64,000 nucleotides of DNA from contig CAWIAM010000015.1 of the NCBI GenBank assembly GCA_963834215.1, positions 43,881-107,880 of the forward strand, read 5' to 3'. Origin of the DNA: an uncultured Acidobacteriota bacterium (GTDB lineage Bacteria; Acidobacteriota; Terriglobia; Acidiferrales; UBA7541). Positions 8,173 to 17,169 of the stretch are shown here, one piece after another. Every line of letters starts with the position of its first letter. Position 1 is the first letter of the stretch. The notes under the pieces were generated by a model. The model ran no database searches. It was given only the letters and a program-made list of their open reading frames with translations, and was not told where the DNA came from. A program made the translations under genes and the position numbers.

Positions 8173-9494
8173 CTTTCCTGCCCTTTGGGCGCAGTCTTGG
8201 TTTGGACGTGAACGCCTTCCTGCACGCTATCGGTGGGGTTAACCACTATTTGGTCTCCGTTCCGAAGTCCGGTAGTTACATACACCTCTGTTCCCAAATC
8301 GCGCCCCACGTGGATCTGCTGGAGGTGAACGATGTTGTTGTCAACGACGGCCACGAACTGTCCCTGCGCCCGAGGGATTACGCTGTCGCCAGATATCAGA
8401 ATGCCGGGGTTTTGCACATTGAAGTGCAGTTGCACCAAAGCGAACATTCCTGGGCGCAGCTGCCCCTTGGGGTCCTGTATCTGCACTTCGAGCAACAATG
8501 TTCGGGTCTGCTGATTGAGAGAGTCGCTGCTGCGAATGATCTTTCCGTGGAATTGTTCACCAGGCAGCTCGGAGAATGTAAGGGTGGCTTCGCGTCCGGT
8601 CTGCACGTTCTCTGCATCCCCCTCCGGCACACTGATGAATGTTCGAAGATCATGCGTGTTCGCGATCTGGAAGAGTTCGCCGCCCTGCGCGCCGCCGGTG
8701 GGTGGGCCCCCAGAGTTCGCTTGAATGGAGGTTGTGTTTACAGTGAGGCCCGCGGCCGCCCCGCTACTCGAGACGAAGCTGCCGATGTCGACGTTACGAG
8801 CAGTCACAGTTCCATCGATGGGCGAACGCACCTGCTCGTAAGAAGCGAGCACCGTCCAATGCTCAAGGGCAGAGGCCTCGGCGTTCACATTGTTCTCTGC
8901 CGACTGTACCGCGTCAGTCGCAGCTTTGACCGCGGCGAGTGCTACGTCGTCATCCTGCTGCGACAACACTCCGTGCTGGGCAAGAACGTGAACTCGGTCA
9001 TAGGTCGCCTGTTGCAAGGCCAGTTGACTGCGTGCCGTGTTCAGAGACGCTTTGCTGACCTGTAGCAAGGATTGCTGCTGCCTCACCGTGGCATCGAGGT
9101 CCGGGGACTCAATAACGGCCAGTAGTTGACCGCGACGAACGCTGTCGCCGATATCTACGTTCAGAGTCTTGAGGTACCCCGTTGCTCGGGCGTAAATGTG
9201 GGAGGTCACAACCGGCACAACGGTTCCAGGCAACGTAAGCTCCTCCGTCTTCGGGACCTCGGAAGCGGTCACCACCTCTACAATCGGAAGCGCCGCTTTC
9301 GTTTGATTCGCTCTTGCCTGAACCCGCTCGTTGAGCTGGCGTTTGGGCCACCACCCCAGCAGCAACAGTCCGGCGATGACCACCACAGCAACAAGCAAGT
9401 ACCGCCCGTAACGAGGCCGCAGACCCGAAGCCGAGCCTTTTTCTCCACTATTCGTCGATGGCGTGGAGCCCCCAAAGGGTCTGCTATTCATCAC
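8169..9494 (-). CDS. RND efflux periplasmic adaptor (MFP/HlyD family)
   Basis: 441 aa. N-terminal membrane anchor, lipoyl/barrel-sandwich motifs (GYLKTLNVDIGDSVRRGQLLAVIESPDL) and a coiled-coil hairpin. Confidence 0.85.
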   Translation of the reverse strand: MMNSRPFGGSTPSTNSGEKGSASGLRPRYGRYLLVAVVVIAGLLLLGWWPKRQLNERVQARANQTKAALPIVEVVTASEVPKTEELTLPGTVVPVVTSHIYARATGYLKTLNVDIGDSVRRGQLLAVIESPDLDATVRQQQSLLQVSKASLNTARSQLALQQATYDRVHVLAQHGVLSQQDDDVALAAVKAATDAVQSAENNVNAEASALEHWTVLASYEQVRSPIDGTVTARNVDIGSFVSSSGAAAGLTVNTTSIQANSGGPPTGGAQGGELFQIANTHDLRTFISVPEGDAENVQTGREATLTFSELPGEQFHGKIIRSSDSLNQQTRTLLLEVQIQDPKGQLRPGMFALVQLHFNVQNPGILISGDSVIPRAQGQFVAVVDNNIVHLQQIHVGRDLGTEVYVTTGLRNGDQIVVNPTDSVQEGVHVQTKTAPKGQER

Positions 9495-9576
9495 GCCGCT
9501 CCAGAAGGCATGCTTGCGGCGATGCCTGATCGAGTTCCTGCGAATTGGCTACTTGCCCTAATTCGGGGTTTCATCG

Positions 9577-12500
9577 TCATTGGGCTCCCTGCAAGTGTCC
9601 CCTTGTTTCCTCGTCAATCCGTCTGTCGAAATCTATCGGCGCTTCCTTGCGGAGCAGCGAGTAGATGATCGGCACAATGAAAAGCGTACCGACCGTGGCA
9701 AACAGAAGTCCGCCGATCACGGCGCGACCAATCGGTGCGTTTTGCTCGCCACCTTGACCGAGCGCCAACGCCATCGGGAACATGCCGAGTATCATGGCAA
9801 GCGCAGTCATGCAGACGGGGCGCAGCCGCGTGTGCCCAGCCTCAAGCGCAGCCTCGAGAGCGTTCTTGCCGTCAGCACGCGCGTCATTCGCAAACGTGAC
9901 CACCAAAATGCTGTTTGCCGTGGCCACACCCATCGTCATGATGGCTCCCATCAAAGCGGGAACGCTGAACGTCGTCTGCGTCAAAAACAGAACCCACACG
10001 ATGCCAGCGAACGCTCCCGGAAGGGCCATCAGGATGATGAAGGGGTCCGACCACGACTGGAAGTTGAGAGCCATCAGCAGGTAAACGAAAACGATGGCTG
10101 CTATGATCCCAAGGCCCAGGTGCAGAAACGATGAATTCATCGTTTGCACTTGCCCCCCGAGCTCAATCCGAGTGGCTTCTGGAAGATGCTGCGAAGCACT
10201 TTTGATAATCTTCTGTATATCGCGTGCTACTCCGCCCAGATCGCGATTCTCGGTGTTGACGTATACATCCATCACTGGCTGAGCGTTGAAGTGCGATACC
10301 GTAAGCGGCGCGAAGGCACGATGAATTGAGGAAACATTACCCAGAAGCTGATCGTTATGGGACTCCGGTGAGGTAACCGTCAAATCGGATAGCGTATTGA
10401 AACTGTCAAGACGGTATTGCGGAACTTGTACAACCAGCGGGTACTCTACGCCCGTTTTCGGGTCCATCCAGAAATTCGGGGCCGTTTGCCCGCTGCCGGA
10501 AAGTGCCAGAACCATATTGCCGGCAACATCCCGCTGCGTCAGCGAAAGTTCTTGGGCCTTCAGACGATCCACGTTGACGTCGAACTCTGGTGCATTGAAT
10601 TGCTGCTGAATAAAAACGTCAGCTGCTCCGGGCACGTTCTTGATCTGGTTCTGGAGTTCGACGGCAATCTGCTGCGTGGCCGTCGCGTCCTTTCCCAAGA
10701 CCCGGACATCGACGGGCGCCGGTAACCCGAAGTTGAGCGTCTGGCTGGTGATGTCCGCGGGTTCGAAGAAAAATGTCTCTTGCGGAAAAACTCTATTCAG
10801 ATCTTCGCGCAGAATGCTCATCCACTCCTGCGTGGGGCGGTGCTTGGGAGTAAGCTGCACTAATATATCGCCGTCTCCGTTGCTGGTAGTGTCACTCGCG
10901 GAAAACGCCAGGTTTACGCCGCCGGGTGGAAGGCCGATGTTGTCGACGACCATAGACAGTTGATCGGGCGGAATCACGCGTCGTATCTCCTTATCCACGC
11001 GCGCGAAGATCTCCGTCGCTACTTCGATCCGCGTGCCACTTGGCGGACGGACGTGAAACTGTATTTGTCCGGAATCGACATAGGGAAAGAAATTTTCGCC
11101 AATCACAAATACAAGAGTAAGCGATCCCAGTGACACCATCGCGAACACAACGATCACCAGCGCCCGATGCGCCAGCGCCCATTCGAGTAGAGAGCGATAT
11201 TTCTTTTGGAAGCTGTCGAAATGGTGCTCAAAGCGCTTGTGAAAGCGCCAGATCCAGCTCTCCGCTTGCGGTGAGTTCTCTTCATCTTGATACAACGAGA
11301 CTTCCGCCGGCATCAGGTAGTGCATCATGGCGGCGACTAGCGTTCGCGACAGCAAATACGACGCGATCATCGCAAACACCACGGCCAGCGCCAGCGGAGT
11401 GAAGATGTATTTTGCGGCTCCCGACAATAGCGTCACCGGAAGAAACACAATGCAAATGCACATCGTCGATACCAGCGCCGGAGCGGCCACCTGCTGCGCA
11501 CTGTTCAGAATGGCCGCGGCCAAGGGAATCTTGCTTACCGCGAGGTTGCGGTGCGTGTTCTCAATCTCCACGGTCGCGTCGTCGACGAGCATGCCTACCG
11601 CGAGCGCCAAGCCCCCCAGTGACATTACGTTGATCGTTTCACCGAGATGGGAAAAGGCCGCCACCGAAACGAGGATGGCGAGCGGGATCGAAGTGCATAC
11701 AATCAACGTGCTGCGCCAACTACCCAGAAAAATAAGGATCATGATCGCGGTAAGCAAGGCCGCCGTAATCGCCTCCTGCACCACATCCCGCACGGATGCT
11801 TTCACAAGCAGCGATTGATCGAAAAGCGGAGTGATGGTAAGCGCGCTGGGCAGGCCCGCTTTGATTCGGGGAAGCGCTTTCTTAACCTGGTTCACGATGG
11901 TAATGGTCGAGAAAGCACCGTTCTTGATAACGGTGAGGAGTACGGACGGTTTGCCATTTTCCTGCACAAAGCTGGTTTGCGGCTCATACCCGTTGTGAAT
12001 CCACGCCACGTCACGCATTCGGGTGATTGACCCGTTCAGCGAACGGATCGGCATATCGTTGAGCTCGGCGATGGAAGGAGGACTGCTGTTGCTGCCGACA
12101 AGATATTCCCTGTCGCCAATTTTTTCGGTTCCGGTGGGGAGGATGAGGTTTTGATTACTGAGCGCGCCTGAGATGTCGGAAACCGTGAGATGATTTGCCG
12201 CCAACTGCTCGGGTTCTGCATCCACCATGATGGCGCGTTCCTCACCACCATAGGGTAGTGGCACGGCCGCGCCCTGGATGGTGGCCAACTGCGAACGGAT
12301 GAAGTTCTGTCCCAGGTCGAAGAGTTGCTGCTGTGACAGAGTCTTTCCGCCCAAGCTCAACTGCACGATGGGCACGCTGGAAGCGTCGTATTTCAATATC
12401 TGCGGCGGGAGAATGCCTGGTGGCAACTGGCGGAGGATCGACTGAGCGAGCGCGGTTACCTGGGCGATGGCTAGATCGATTTGAACGTTGGGTTGAAACG

Positions 12501-12783
12501 AAACCTTGATGACGCCTATGCCGGTGAAGGATTGCGATTCAGTACTTTTGATATTGTTGACCGTCGTGGACAGCGCTCGCTCACAGATACCCACGATTCG
12601 CTTCGACATGTCATCTGCGTCGAGGCCGTTGTAAGTCCAGATAACGCTGACAATTGGAATGTTGATCTCCGGAAGTATGTCCGTGGGCGTAGTCACAATC
12701 GCGGAAACACCGAAGATAAAGATCAGCAAAGCAATAATGACAACGGTATAAGGCCTTCGTAGTGCTAAATTCACTAGCCACAT
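9577..12783 (-). CDS. RND efflux permease (AcrB/CzcA superfamily)
   Basis: 1068 aa. 12-TM architecture with two large periplasmic loops. Starts MWLVNLALRRPYTVVIIALLIFIFG, a typical RND N-terminus. Confidence 0.95.
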   Translation of the reverse strand: MWLVNLALRRPYTVVIIALLIFIFGVSAIVTTPTDILPEINIPIVSVIWTYNGLDADDMSKRIVGICERALSTTVNNIKSTESQSFTGIGVIKVSFQPNVQIDLAIAQVTALAQSILRQLPPGILPPQILKYDASSVPIVQLSLGGKTLSQQQLFDLGQNFIRSQLATIQGAAVPLPYGGEERAIMVDAEPEQLAANHLTVSDISGALSNQNLILPTGTEKIGDREYLVGSNSSPPSIAELNDMPIRSLNGSITRMRDVAWIHNGYEPQTSFVQENGKPSVLLTVIKNGAFSTITIVNQVKKALPRIKAGLPSALTITPLFDQSLLVKASVRDVVQEAITAALLTAIMILIFLGSWRSTLIVCTSIPLAILVSVAAFSHLGETINVMSLGGLALAVGMLVDDATVEIENTHRNLAVSKIPLAAAILNSAQQVAAPALVSTMCICIVFLPVTLLSGAAKYIFTPLALAVVFAMIASYLLSRTLVAAMMHYLMPAEVSLYQDEENSPQAESWIWRFHKRFEHHFDSFQKKYRSLLEWALAHRALVIVVFAMVSLGSLTLVFVIGENFFPYVDSGQIQFHVRPPSGTRIEVATEIFARVDKEIRRVIPPDQLSMVVDNIGLPPGGVNLAFSASDTTSNGDGDILVQLTPKHRPTQEWMSILREDLNRVFPQETFFFEPADITSQTLNFGLPAPVDVRVLGKDATATQQIAVELQNQIKNVPGAADVFIQQQFNAPEFDVNVDRLKAQELSLTQRDVAGNMVLALSGSGQTAPNFWMDPKTGVEYPLVVQVPQYRLDSFNTLSDLTVTSPESHNDQLLGNVSSIHRAFAPLTVSHFNAQPVMDVYVNTENRDLGGVARDIQKIIKSASQHLPEATRIELGGQVQTMNSSFLHLGLGIIAAIVFVYLLMALNFQSWSDPFIILMALPGAFAGIVWVLFLTQTTFSVPALMGAIMTMGVATANSILVVTFANDARADGKNALEAALEAGHTRLRPVCMTALAMILGMFPMALALGQGGEQNAPIGRAVIGGLLFATVGTLFIVPIIYSLLRKEAPIDFDRRIDEETRGHLQGAQ

Positions 12784-12813
12784 AAATCTCTGCTCTCGCG
12801 TCGGATCGTAGGT

Positions 12814-13473
12814 TCAGAGCGAATACTCAGGAATCTTGAGCTGCACGGTTCGCCTGTTTAGCGAAACGCAATCCTGTTCGCCGGGAAACCCGTCGAAGGT
12901 CGTCTCGGATAGCCCGAAATTCTTTGCCAGGAGTGCTCTTGAGGTGTGGTCCGGCCAGTCGTTGATGCTAAAGGTCCCAAATTCGAAAAAGTAACCGTTG
13001 CCGAAAGTGGGGATGAAATGGCACGCCTTTTCGCGCAGGCAGGCGAGCAAGTGTGGATTGCCGCGGGGAAAGTACCAGACGTTGCCGGGATCAGACTCAT
13101 TGATTTCCGACCCGCCGGGCGGATCGAGCACGGCTGTCCGTGAGCGGCCTTCCAGGACGAAGGCCCATTCCGCAGCCGTCACATGCCAGTGAAGTCCCTG
13201 CGCAACACACCGCTCCCGACGCGTCGACGCTGCGGCGATGCTCTTGGAGATCGGCAGTTGCTCTACAATCGCTTCCTTGCCGAAGCTGCCACCCATGATC
13301 TTGCCCTCAGATTGCTCCAGTGCGAAATTGAGTGTTCGGAGTTCCTTGGCTGGGAGTGGTGGATCGGGAACATTGTTCTTGAAGGGTAATTCGTAGAGTT
13401 GCCGGCTGTCCACATCATCACAATTCGCCTCAAGCACCTGCGGCGTGCAGTTCACGAAAGGCGCGAAATACAC
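12814..13473 (-). CDS. Monocupin resembling only the N-terminal half of bicupin oxalate decarboxylase (possible gene remnant)
   Basis: GLHWHVTAAEWAFVLEGRSRTAVLD...GNVWYFPRGNPHLL...FSINDWPDHTSRALLAKNFG is collinear with OxdC cupin domain 1, including the H-x-H-x3-E...H Mn ligands. The ORF stops at the inter-domain boundary, so the second cupin is absent. Confidence 0.55.
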   Translation of the reverse strand: MYFAPFVNCTPQVLEANCDDVDSRQLYELPFKNNVPDPPLPAKELRTLNFALEQSEGKIMGGSFGKEAIVEQLPISKSIAAASTRRERCVAQGLHWHVTAAEWAFVLEGRSRTAVLDPPGGSEINESDPGNVWYFPRGNPHLLACLREKACHFIPTFGNGYFFEFGTFSINDWPDHTSRALLAKNFGLSETTFDGFPGEQDCVSLNRRTVQLKIPEYSL

Positions 13474-13608
13474 AGGAGATAGCAGACTTCCCTACTGTTT
13501 ATTGCGTAGGAGTCGGCTGGCGGCAATACGGTTGATACTGTATTTGACGGAGGCCCGGCGATTGGCGAGGTCTATGCTTCGTTTACACGTGGCAGCGCTA
13601 ACGGACGC

Positions 13609-15228
13609 TCAGTGGGCGGATGTCCCCTTGGATATGGCGGCCTCGCGATCTCGCGCCAGTTTGCCGAAGAACTCTCCGAATGCCGGCACGGAGGATTTTA
13701 GCAATTGGAAGTCGGTTTTCGAAATCAGGAGCACATCCATAGGAGTACGGGCGAGGACCGTGGCGTTGCGCGTTGCGTCCGTGAGCACAGCCATTTCCCC
13801 GAAATAGTCGTCCGCCCGCAAGATTGCCAGGTGCTCCATCTTTCCTTCCAGCTCTCGGAAGACTTCGCACTCACCGCTTTCAATCACATAGACACAGTCG
13901 CCAAGCTCGCCCTGGAAGAAGACAACATCACCGGGCTCAAAATGCTGTCGGGCCAAGGTAGATTCATGGATGTCACGGACCTGAACCAGGTCGGGATGAA
14001 ACAGCAGCCCAATCATCCAAGCAAATCCGACGCGGACCTTGCGGTACAGACTGGGCATCTTCATCAGATAGATGGTGCGCCACAGAAACCACGCAGGAAA
14101 ACCCGACACGCGAAAGCCCAGGATGTCCGCCACCGCAGAAAAACGGCCGAGCGACCCGAGCTTGCCCAGCCCATCGAAGTCAAATTCGGTGCTCTCTCCA
14201 CCGCGAATACTCGCCACAATATTCTCCGCCACAACCCTGGCCTCACGGGTGGCATGCTGCGCCGTAGGCGGAACGGGATTTCCAGACCTCGTGACGATTG
14301 AAGCGCAATCTCCCAAAGCCCAGACCTGTCCTTCATAACCCGCCAATTCCAACTTGCTATTGACCTTTAGCCGCCCCTTCTCCTTGGCGCAATCGAGGCT
14401 TTGCAGAACGGGTGCGATCGCCATGGGAACGGTGGAGATTATGGTTTTTGTGGGAATCTCGATGGCAGATTTTAATATGGCTCGTTCGGATGTGGCGCTG
14501 ACGAGACGGTCGAGCAATCGGATCTCAAGGCCTCGCTTAGCGAGCAGTTTATGGGCAAACACCGCGAGTTGGCCGTCGATTTCCGGCAAGATACGGTCTC
14601 CTGAATGAACCAGGACGCAACGGATTTCTTCATGACGTAGCCGCGGATAGTTGTCTTTCACCAGATGAACGAAGTCGTGCAATTCGGCAATGACCTCCAC
14701 GCCCGAAAATCCGCCGCCGGCAACCACGAAGGTCAACAATTTCTTGCGGAATTGAATGTCGGACTCCAGTTCCGCTTCCTCGAGGACGTGGATCAGATGG
14801 CTGCGCAAACTCAACGCATCGGCCAGCGTGCGAAACGGTTTGGCGTGTTCGAGCAAGCCGGGCTTGCCGGAATAGTCGGTAATTCCGCCCAGGGCGATCA
14901 CCAGATAGTCATAAGGTACTTCCATGGAACGCGGCCGAAAGCCGGGGCTCACGGTCACCGTCCTGGTCTTCAGGTTGATGTCCTGGACCTCGCGGGTGAT
15001 GAGTGCCGTGCGCGGGGACAATTGACGGATGGGCGAGACAACGTCGGTCAATCCGATTGACCCGGAAATGACCTCCGGCAGCATGGGCTGATATACGGAG
15101 TAATTTTCGCGGTTTATGAGCGTTACGGAAGCTTCGTTCGGTTTCAGGAGTTTGCCCAAATGGCGTGCCGTATAAACGCCGCCGAAGCCTCCGCCGAGAA
15201 TGACGATTTTTTTCTTTTCGGCGGTCAT
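13609..15228 (-). CDS. Type II NADH dehydrogenase (NDH-2)-like flavoprotein fused to a C-terminal cyclic-nucleotide-binding domain
   Basis: 539 aa. N-terminal KKIVILGGGFGGVYTA and a second VVAGGGFSGVE Rossmann motif typical of NDH-2. C-terminal ~120 aa cNMP domain (FFQGELGDCVYVIESGECEV...FGEMAVLTDATRNATV). Confidence 0.85.
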   Translation of the reverse strand: MTAEKKKIVILGGGFGGVYTARHLGKLLKPNEASVTLINRENYSVYQPMLPEVISGSIGLTDVVSPIRQLSPRTALITREVQDINLKTRTVTVSPGFRPRSMEVPYDYLVIALGGITDYSGKPGLLEHAKPFRTLADALSLRSHLIHVLEEAELESDIQFRKKLLTFVVAGGGFSGVEVIAELHDFVHLVKDNYPRLRHEEIRCVLVHSGDRILPEIDGQLAVFAHKLLAKRGLEIRLLDRLVSATSERAILKSAIEIPTKTIISTVPMAIAPVLQSLDCAKEKGRLKVNSKLELAGYEGQVWALGDCASIVTRSGNPVPPTAQHATREARVVAENIVASIRGGESTEFDFDGLGKLGSLGRFSAVADILGFRVSGFPAWFLWRTIYLMKMPSLYRKVRVGFAWMIGLLFHPDLVQVRDIHESTLARQHFEPGDVVFFQGELGDCVYVIESGECEVFRELEGKMEHLAILRADDYFGEMAVLTDATRNATVLARTPMDVLLISKTDFQLLKSSVPAFGEFFGKLARDREAAISKGTSAH

Positions 15229-15483
15229 AGCAGGCCCATGGCAAACCTTGGTGCGACCGAATCGCTAATGCGCACCACACATGCGCGGACGCCGCATTTC
15301 ATGAATGCGGAGCTCACGAGGATTTCGACTCCGACAGCCGCCAGGGGCCACCCGACGCGTCAATGCGAGCAAGGGCGACCCAGGCGACAACAGAAACAAC
15401 TTTCGCAATCGGGAAGCGCCGGGCATAACGCACGCCACGCATTGCGGCTGCATCCCCTCACAAAAGCGGCAAAAGTACTCCGG

Positions 15484-15825
15484 CTATTTTTTCAGCGTGC
15501 GAACGAAGGCGATAACGTTGTCCTTATCCGCATCCGTCAAATCTTTCACCGGTTTCATCTTGCCCTTGCCGTCCGTGATGATCTTCTTAATGTCGTCGTC
15601 GGACATCTTCTGAACTTCGTCCGAACTCAAGGGTGTGAATGTAACACCCAGCAACTTTGCCACTCCGGGGTTGCCGTCTCCGTCCGGACCATGGCAAGTC
15701 TTGCACTTCTTGGTGAAAATATCCTTGCCCGCCGTGGCGTCGCCCTTCGGCGCGGAGTAAAGAGTGAAAGCGATGCCAAGTACCGCCAAGCCCGTCACGA
15801 AGATTCCTGCAGAATGACGTTTCAT
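15484..15825 (-). CDS. Monoheme class I c-type cytochrome, signal-anchored
   Basis: 113 aa. N-terminal hydrophobic segment, one CKTCH motif and a distal Met region (GKGKMKP). AGGAG lies 9 nt upstream of the ATG. Confidence 0.85.
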   Translation of the reverse strand: MKRHSAGIFVTGLAVLGIAFTLYSAPKGDATAGKDIFTKKCKTCHGPDGDGNPGVAKLLGVTFTPLSSDEVQKMSDDDIKKIITDGKGKMKPVKDLTDADKDNVIAFVRTLKK

Positions 15826-15859
15826 TTACCAGTTCTCCTTTCAAATGAATTCAGTTCAT

Positions 15860-16429
15860 TCACTTTCCGGCACCTCGCATCGCCCGTTCGTTCACCGTCT
15901 TCATGATGTCTTGCTGGGTCGACGGCATCAGTTTCAGCATTGCGAGGAAATTGGCTTTCCCGAGGATTGCGACGTTGGCCGGAGTTACGGCGCGAACCGT
16001 GGCGTTGCGCGGCGCGTCACTAATCAGGGCCATCTCCCCGAAGTACTGGCCGGCAGAAAGTCTGGCAATCACCTTCTCGGCTCCGTCTTCGGTCCGGACC
16101 ACGGCGAACTCCCCTTCGCGGATGAAATAGGCGCAGTCGCCTTCCTCACCCTGCTGGAAAATCACTTGTCCAGGTTCGATCTCTTCGATCTCAAACAGGC
16201 TGTGGCGCCGCAAGAAGCGATAGGTGGTTACGCCGAGCACAGCAACTGCCGCGCCCAGCGCCAGTACAGGTGCGATCGTCGAAAAAAGGAAAAGCGTTCC
16301 GCCCGTCGTGCGCCTCAGGAATTCCAGGGCCAGGACGAAAACGGCGAGCGCGAGCACCTGAGCCACGATCAGCAGCGTGCGCGTAGCGGCGGAATTCAGT
16401 TTGAACGGTTTAACGACGGCTTCGGTCAT
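15860..16429 (-). CDS. Membrane-anchored cyclic-nucleotide-binding domain protein
   Basis: 189 aa. Two predicted TM helices followed by a cNMP domain (FQQGEEGDCAYFIREGEFAV...FGEMALISDAPRNATV). ATGA start/stop overlap with the NapC-like gene at 16426-16429. Confidence 0.8.
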   Translation of the reverse strand: MTEAVVKPFKLNSAATRTLLIVAQVLALAVFVLALEFLRRTTGGTLFLFSTIAPVLALGAAVAVLGVTTYRFLRRHSLFEIEEIEPGQVIFQQGEEGDCAYFIREGEFAVVRTEDGAEKVIARLSAGQYFGEMALISDAPRNATVRAVTPANVAILGKANFLAMLKLMPSTQQDIMKTVNERAMRGAGK

Positions 16430-17169
16430 GGCGTCACATTCTGCGCGACGTTGTGTGCCGGGTTATCCTGCGCGTGGCAATCCATGCAGCTTGCCTTTCC
16501 AGAGAATAGTGCGTCCTTATAGTCTTCGTGTGAAGCAATCCATTTGGCCGATCCCGCATGGCATTTCAGGCAATCGCTGTTCGGATAGGGATGGCGGAGC
16601 TTGATCGGCAAATGGAAGGTCCGAGTGTAATACTTGTACACATCGTTCATTCCTTCTTTTTTCGCTTCCACGGTACCGAATAAGCCATACGACGTGTGGC
16701 ACGCGTAACACTGATCGTCTGGAATATATCGGTTTTTGAAATGCAACGCCGCCAGGCTATTGCTTTTCTGGTCATGCATGTCATCCACAAACGATTTCAT
16801 CGTCAGATGGCACGAGGCGCAGAACTCCACGCGTTCGGCTTTCTCGAATACCAGGATCGTACCCACGCCGCTGATCAACATCGGAAAAGCCACCGCGCCC
16901 GCGATGAGCAGGCCCCAGGACACGGGGCCCGCGGCTGCGCCCCGGTATTTCAGCAGGCTGTATAGCACGACTCCGATTCCGATGATTGCCAGAGCGACGA
17001 GCACGCGCGCGCCGACGTGCTCCACCGGATCCTGCTGGAAGCGCTCGGCCTCCTGCTGCGCCCGCGCGACAAAAGGAAAAAGGAAAATGCCAGCAGCCAG
17101 GAGAATTCGCACCGCTGCTCCCGCGAGCAGGGGCTGGTTTGTCTCTCGTTTACAGGAATCCTCGATCAT
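16426..17169 (-). CDS. NapC/NirT-family membrane tetraheme cytochrome c (quinol dehydrogenase type)
   Basis: Hydrophobic N-terminal region plus four CXXCH motifs (CASCH, CYACH, CLKCH, CMDCH). The ATG at 17169 forms an ATGA overlap with the stop of the 15-heme gene, so it is preferred over the ORF-track start at 17247. Confidence 0.85.
   Translation of the reverse strand: MIEDSCKRETNQPLLAGAAVRILLAAGIFLFPFVARAQQEAERFQQDPVEHVGARVLVALAIIGIGVVLYSLLKYRGAAAGPVSWGLLIAGAVAFPMLISGVGTILVFEKAERVEFCASCHLTMKSFVDDMHDQKSNSLAALHFKNRYIPDDQCYACHTSYGLFGTVEAKKEGMNDVYKYYTRTFHLPIKLRHPYPNSDCLKCHAGSAKWIASHEDYKDALFSGKASCMDCHAQDNPAHNVAQNVTP

Noticed and set aside
8136-9065. 309-aa plus-strand ORF
   Set aside because: It lies entirely antisense to the RND adaptor gene. 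This is a typical shadow ORF of a GC-rich coding region, with no start context or motifs.
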